The translations under genes and the position numbers were made by a program. The notes under the pieces were generated by a model, which saw only the letters and a list, made by a program, of their open reading frames with translations, was not told where the DNA came from and did no database searches. DNA of 64,000 nucleotides from Chrysomallon squamiferum (Eukaryota > Animalia > Mollusca), in NCBI GenBank assembly GCA_012295275.1, contig CM022665.1, forward strand, positions 44,144,001 to 44,208,000. The letters are read 5' to 3'. Positions 41,029 through 64,000 of the stretch are shown in pieces; position 1 is the first letter of the stretch, and each line of letters begins with the position of its first letter.

Positions 41029-42119
41029 CAAAATTAAATAAAATAATTAAATTAAATTAAAAAAAAAATAATAATACTACATGATATCTTAGCTTACTAA
41101 ATGATCTCGTTTTCTACCGCGAGATTTTCGGTCTCTGTCACAGGATATCGAATTATCTCGCGTTATTTCGTATTATCAGCAAGATCTCGTTATTTCTACA
41201 GAATCTCTTTTGCTAGCGGAATCTAATGTTTTTCTACGGCATCATGTATTATAAGTGCAGGCTTAAAAACACAACATTTTTTAACATTAAAGTAATTAAT
41301 CACCAGAAATATAATTCACAGCAATCATAATAATTCACACCTTCTCATAAACAGTTTTTTACTTTAAATTGTTTCAGTTTTTTTCTCATTAATTCTTCCA
41401 TTTGATAATATTTTCTAATTTGTTTTTTCTTCAAGTAAACCAGCATAGACTATATACATATTTTAATTAGTAAGAATATATGAATATATGCATGTTTGTA
41501 TATACATACGTACGTATATATACATGCATGTATGTGTACTTACGTGTGTATGTATAAATGTATATATGTATCTATCTATGTAAGTATGCATGTATATATG
41601 CAGTATGGGTTTATGTATGTCAGTACGTAATATATGTGTATTTATGTAAATACGTGCGTGTCTCTGAATATTTGTTAATACTTAAACCGATTTGTTTGGT
41701 TGATTTATCTATTCTGTTCAATACACTTTATTTTGTTCATTCATACAAACCAGTCACGTCATTCAACTGTTTGTACAAAAAAAAAAAAATTACTTTTATT
41801 GTTATTATCAACACGTACTGAAGAAGATATTATAATTATTTATATTTTATTATTGTTATTATTATCATTATAATTATTATTATTTTGTCGTTATTATTAT
41901 CATCATTATTATTGTTATATTTTTGTATTATTATTACTTTGCTATTACAATTATTATTACTACTACTACTATTATTGTTATTTTTATTGTTATTTTATTA
42001 TTATTATATTATTATTGTTATTATTATTACTATTATTATTATTATATTATTATTATTATTATTATTACTGTATTACTATTTTGATTATGATTATGATTAT
42101 TATAATTATTATTATTATG

Positions 42120-42176
<57 letters not shown>

Positions 42177-43353
42177 TCATTTTCAACTTCTTCGATAATA
42201 AGAATAACATTTGTTTGTATTGAAAAATCGAGGTAAAGTTATTTGTTGTAATGTTGTTATATAAATTATCCACCTTATTGAAGGAGACACATATGCCGTT
42301 TGCATACATTCCAAAAGTTCAGTTACTCCATTTTCTATCAACGTCAATTACGATAATGTTTTATTTACTAGATTCTTATTTTTCACAGTCTGATAGTCTG
42401 TCTCAGTAGATAATAACAAAAACCTAACAAATAAATAAATAAATAAATAAATAAATAAAATCAAAAAGATAAATAAGATGCGCAGAAAAACAGCTAAAAT
42501 CAGAATACAAATACAGTAGTAGTAGTAGTAGTAGTAGACGTAGTACTAGTAGTAGTTGTAGAGGTAGTAGTAATAGTAGTAGTAGTAGAAGTAGTAGTAA
42601 TAGTAATAGAAGTACTAGTCGTAGTAGTAATAGTAGTAGAAGTAGTAGTAGTAGTAATAACAACATCAATAACAACAACCATAATAATGATAATAATAAT
42701 AATAACAATAGCAACAATAATAATGATGATGATATTATTATATTAAAAATAACAACAATAACAAAGACAACAACAACAACAATAATAACAGTAATAACAA
42801 CAAAATTAAGGAAATACCTTGTGTATCTTTCATAGGAACCAGTCACATATTTTTATTTTTCGCCAGTGATTTTTACGATTAAAATATACTGTTTAATTCC
42901 TCAATAGACAACGACTGTTACAGTACAGTTAAATAGTAGATGACTGTTTAAATCTTTTAATTGTTTGGTATATTTTCTACAGGAGATTCATAGTCAGTAT
43001 ACCTTTACCATGTTTTTTATTTTAATTTTTTTTAATTTTTTTTTTATTATTAGACATAATGGATATCGACTAGCTAGTTATTAAATTATAAGTGAAGATA
43101 TATAACTGTCAGAACGAACGGGTGAATTTGGAATTATTTTTCTGTTTTTGTTTTTAAAGAAATGAAATTAAATATGATTAGTTAGATATGTCTTCAAGAC
43201 AGATTTTAAAAAAAAGAAGAAGAAAAAAAAATTAAGAATAATTAACTGCTGATATTTCTGTCTCTATTTGTATAATAATATAGAATTAGATAAGTGTACA
43301 CAAAAGTCCATACATCCATACATACATACATATATACATACATACATACATAC

Positions 43354-43384
<31 letters not shown>

Positions 43385-44154
43385 CATACATACATACATA
43401 CATACATACATACATACATACATACATACATACATACATACATGTACATACATGCACTTACATATATACAAACATGCGTTCCCAAGTATTTTCGGAGTGC
43501 GGGTGAATGGGTGTCTTACGTTCGAGTCTCGTCAGCGGCATCTGACGGGTTTGTGATGTCGTGATTTGACTTTGTCCTCCTGCGCCAGTGCGTTCCCGAA
43601 TATTTTCTGTGTGCAGACGTACATAAGAGTTCAAAATCCTAAAATACACACACACATACTTAAACACATTCATACATACATACATACTATTTAGTATTGT
43701 AGACTTGAAAACATTTATCCTGTAATAATTATTCCTGTCGAATTAATTATTAAATTAATTAAAAAGAATAGTTTAAATTAATTAAAATAAAAAGAATTAT
43801 TTGACATAAAAAATCTTTTGCTCAAATTTCTTTTGCTCATTCTAGCAACACTGCTGAAAAAAATAAAGTTTATAAAATTAATAAATTACATTTACAATTA
43901 TTTTAAAAAATGAATGTTTTGTGGATTTTCGAAAACGAGGTTTTTTTTATATCAGGACTCGTAATGTTTTTAATTATCCAAATTCTTAAGTGGCAAGACA
44001 GCACTTTAATTTTAAAGTCTCGATAAACACAGACTTTATACATGTATTATCATTTAAGTGTTGTTATTTTTGGACATATTTTTTTTATATAATTATATTG
44101 AAATTAAATGTGTTGTCGAAATAAGCGAACGAAAGAAGATAAAATGAATGTTAA

Positions 44155-44186
<32 letters not shown>

Positions 44187-45457
44187 CAAATGCTGTAAAC
44201 ATTTTCATTCTATATCTTCTTTTAATTTTTTTTTTTTTTTTTGTATTATTATTATTTTTTTTTTAACGAGATTGTTGCACTAGAGAATTCCTCAGACTTC
44301 AACCCAAAACACGTTGTTGGTTGTTATTTTTTTCCCCAGAAATTTCTCTCAAACTGTTTTTATCAAACAAACAGTTAAGACGAGTTTTAAACAACTCCAT
44401 GCGCTTGGTTCTCTGAATGTTTGGGAGGAAAAGACCCAGGCAATAACTCTTTGATTTAAATTAATAGTGACATTACTTACCTTTCTGCATGTCGTCTGCT
44501 ATTTGAAAAAAATATATATATAAATAAATAAAATAAAATACAGTTCTTTTTGATCTTTTTCTTAAAAATAAAATAAAATAAAATAAGATCTTTTTATATA
44601 AATTTAAAAAAAAAGAAGATAGAAAACAAACATAATAAATAAATAAATAAAACCTTTTTTTTTCTTTTTTTCAATTGCTGCACCGATCTTTCAAATCGTT
44701 TAAAACGGTTTCTGAACTTAAAGTACTTTGAATAGCAAAGTGCAGTTGAACTGAAAAACAACAAAAAATGCAGAAAGGTAAATTGTATTTTTTTTTACTT
44801 TAGCAACGAAATATTTCTCCGTGTTTTTTAATATTACATTCTAAGGTTTTACGAATAAAATATACATATACAGAAAGATACACAGAGTTAAACAGACATA
44901 GATATAGACAGATATACATAGTTAAATATACATAGACATACACATGAGACAGACAGACACACAAGTAGAAAAACGGACGAACAGACAAAATAAAAGTACG
45001 TACGTATGAATAAACACACTCGATGTGTGCATAAATTCACAATCACAGAAGAATAACCAAACAAATCAGTCGCACACAAAAACAGACAACAACAACAACA
45101 CATTCCACACACCAAAACCTCTCTTCCGTTTTCCGGAATTTTTTTACCTTTTATTACAAAAGAGTACACACTGTGGGGACGCAACCCCAAAAAAAAAAAA
45201 AAAAAACACTTTGTACCGAATGCCTGGTCCGTAGTCTCTGTTTGGGTAACATTTTGTTCCCCCCACAAACACACACACGCACACAGAATAAATAAACAAA
45301 ATCAAAAACAAGCCCATACTGTACACCATTAGTATCAGCACATCGTTCGTTACAGAGTAACCTGGAGCGAGAGTTCATTTTCCCAGTTATCCAAGCGAAT
45401 GATCTCATTTCAAAGAATCTTCTTTCGCTTTCCGGCTCTTCAGAAAAAAAGAAGAGC

Positions 45458-45490
<33 letters not shown>

Positions 45491-46599
45491 GCCTCCAGGC
45501 AGCACGCCAGACTGAGTCGTAATGTAAGAGGAATGTAAAAAAAAAAAAACACATCGGGTAATTAGTGATTTTAAAATATATGTTTTAAACTAAGCCGCAC
45601 CCAGAGCACCGATTGTCAGTGTTGAATGTGTAGCGGTACATTCGTGAATACACAGGCTAATGGGTAAATACATATTAAAGGGTATGGGTATATGCAGATA
45701 TGCATACATACTAGGTACTTCCGTACATACATATACATAGTTTCATGCATACGTACATACGTGCACATGCATATATATATACATACAAACACACATATCC
45801 ATATACAAACATAAATAGATAGACAGATAGATAGATAGATATAGACAGATATGTAGATAGATAGATATAGACAGATAGATAGATAAATAGAGATAGATAG
45901 ATATAGATATATATGCATATATGTATGTGTGTTTTATATATATATATATATATACACACATGCACACACAAATATACTTAAACCTAAATTCATACATATT
46001 TATTTATACACATATACATATATACATACATACACATATACACGCACATATATATATATATACATGATATACACGCATACACACAAATATATGTATGTGT
46101 GTATATATATATAAACATAGATATAAATATAAATGTGTATGCATATGTAATAATAAAATAATAATAATAATACACACACACGCACACGTACACATACACA
46201 TAAAAAACGGACAGACATCATTACCAGAACATTTGTACAGTTTTGTTTCTTTTTACGTTTCATTTCCAGTTCTGTACTATATTTAAATTTAGTCTGTTGA
46301 CAAACTGATATGTTTTGTTTTTCCTGTACAAACTACTGCGTGCCGGTTGACAATGAAATTCTGTTTGTTTACTGGCCTCATTCGAAACAATAGTTGTTTA
46401 AATCAAGTATGACAGACCGTAGGGCATTTCCATCCCTCTGTTATTTATTTATTTATTTATTTGATTTTTTTTATTTATTTATTTTATTTAATTTTTTTTT
46501 ATTATTATTGGATTGATTTATTAATTTTTTTTATTTAATTATTTATTATCATTATTACTATTTTTATTATTTTATTATTAATTATATATATATATATAG

Positions 46600-46670
<71 letters not shown>

Positions 46671-48637
46671 CATACATATAAATATAAATGTATATACATA
46701 TCTAATAAATAATATTAAAATAATAATAACAATGACAATTATAAAAAAAATATATATTTATGTATGTATCTATGTGTATATGTAATAGATAATATATATA
46801 TATATATATATAACACAGTTGGAAATTTATATCGATTAAAAGAAGGGACGTAATTCTTTTTTTTCTGAAATACTGTATCCGTTACTGTGGGTTGTAGTAG
46901 TGATAGGATTTTTACAACAGAAATCACGAAATGTTTACAGTAATCCGCCGCTTATTCCTGTGTGTTTTAAATCCAGTTATTTGAATCGTCATTAAGAACT
47001 CGAATGTTCAGTACGTTTGCCTAAAACATATACTCACGTGAGTATTTCACAAATACATATATTTCTGCATATATGTATGTATGTATGTATGTAGATAAGA
47101 TACATAAAAGAATACATGCATACAAACATGGATACATATATACATGCATTCTTATTTATATGCATACATTATTAATTAAAATGTATTTATTTTTTATTTT
47201 TTATTTTTTAATAATCTTAGTATTATTATTTGTTTTAAAGCCTTTTTAATCTCAATAAATATGCTGTCTGAAATTTGATACACGGTTTATGACGTGCTAG
47301 TTCTAATTTTGGCTTTTTCTTTTTTCATTTTTTTTCAAACTAAGTTATTTGATATTTGATACGTGTTTTTATCAATTGATTTTTTTTTTTTTTTTTTTTT
47401 TTTTTTGACATAATAGTTCTTTTTGCTTCTTCTTCTTTTAATTTAAATTTAATTATTGTTATCGTAACACAAATTAAAACAAGCTGCTTGGAAATACGTC
47501 ACAAACAGAATTGGAGTTATCTGCCTTTATAGCGTTAGGCTCAGCAAGTTAAAAGGTTAGTCAAATTAAGACGAGGGAGGGACATTAACCCTTTCGCACT
47601 AGGATGAAGATTTGAACGCTGTAACCGCCGATCTTAAATCTGCTTGAAACGTTTGTTAAAACAATAACCTCTGTTATTTTGACGACTGAAAATTTAGGAA
47701 GGAGAAAAATAAGGGAATATTGGAATTAACATAGAATGGTAAGATTCAAGTGTAATATATGTACTATAATTCTGTCTATAACGATCGTTTGAGATGTGAC
47801 AGGTTGAAGGATCAAAACTCTGTGCTGACTTTTCAGCCTGTTTACTTAGTTTTCTCAATGTTAGTAGCACGTGTGTAGAAAAAATAAATAAATAAAAAAA
47901 TAAAAAATAATAATAAAAAATAACAAAACAAGTCTGGCAATCATTAAATGTAACCCTTATTTATTTACTTTAATAGATACTTTAATTTTGTCATTAATTT
48001 GTTTGCACTGAATGACAAATCATTCCTTTACACCTTTGTGAACGAAAGTTGATTTTAAGTACATAACAAACGATTAGTTTAATATTTAACATGAAAGATT
48101 ATTGAAAGATTATTTTTACTATAACTTATTTATTTCTTTTATTATTTTATTTTTATTTTATTATTTTCTTTAATTTATTTCATTATTACTTTTATTTAAT
48201 TTTTAAATTTATTTATCTTTTGTTGTTCAAAGTTCTCTTTTAATTAATTATTTTAACATTATTACTTTTTTATTTTATTTGTGTTTTCCATTTGATGTTT
48301 TATTTTATTTTATTTCATTTCATTTCATTTATTTTATTTTATTTTTTTTTTTTTTTTTTTTTTTTAATTATTATTGGGGTTTTTTAATATATTATTTCAT
48401 TTTATTTATTTTAATTTTATTTTCTCTGAAATACGACTGTTAAAAAGGCGCTCAATTGATTTATTTGGTTTCTGAAGAGAAGTGATTCATAAGAAAACTT
48501 AACTCTGCTTAGTTTTTGATACGCACAAGCATGTACAAGACATTAAACACGTGACTTAAACAGAAGAAGAAAATTTCTACGTCCAACAGCTTCGATGTGT
48601 TGTTATTTTTCATGTTTTTACTTTTTATTTTTCACAG

Positions 48638-63733
<15,096 letters not shown>

Positions 63734-63792
63734 GTAAGCCATTTTTATTTATTTACGTTTTTATTTCGTTTATTTATTTATGTATTTATTTC

Positions 63793-63846
<54 letters not shown>

Positions 63847-64000
63847 TTGTTGTTGTTATTGTTTAAAAATACTGTATCTAAATTATGTCGAAAACAGAAG
63901 ACAACTGCATAAAGCCTAACAATATATATATCATTACAAACACAATAATAAGATATTTAATAAAAGCAACAGTAGTATCAACAACAGTAACAGCAGCAAC

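Noticed and set aside
36594-46286. Many hydrophobic or repetitive ORFs (poly-L/I/V/Y, MYVC, HTYI, ERER)
   Set aside because: Translations of ATT, TAG, ACAT and GA microsatellites.

Overview
This is AT-rich, microsatellite-dense animal genomic DNA, probably molluscan (inferred from the myosin sequence). It holds two intron-rich genes on the + strand and no prokaryotic features. (1) 379-27024 is a muscle class II myosin heavy chain gene whose 5' end lies upstream of the window. I traced 28 exons by hand from the motor domain to the stop. There are three lesions: a -1 frameshift near 484-489, a +1 frameshift near 13041-13050, and a 79-nt S2-hinge exon present only as two garbled copies without splice sites (19403-19574) beside a ~690-nt CTT/CCT tract. 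Assembly error is the most likely cause. (2) About 48638-63733 is a cyclic-nucleotide-gated (CNG alpha-like) channel gene with S1-S6, a TIGE pore, C-linker and CNBD. It runs off the 3' end of the window and may start at 34528. The most unusual signal is repeated tandem duplication anchored on splice sites, which leaves decoy acceptors, decoy donors and exon stubs. Other items of interest are a symmetric 42-nt cassette exon in the CNG S3-S4 linker, a D-box minisatellite, a Tigger/pogo-like element overlapping a candidate exon, introns just after the myosin stop codon, and an intronic CArG/E-box island. Nearly all other ORFs in the track are microsatellite or antisense artefacts.
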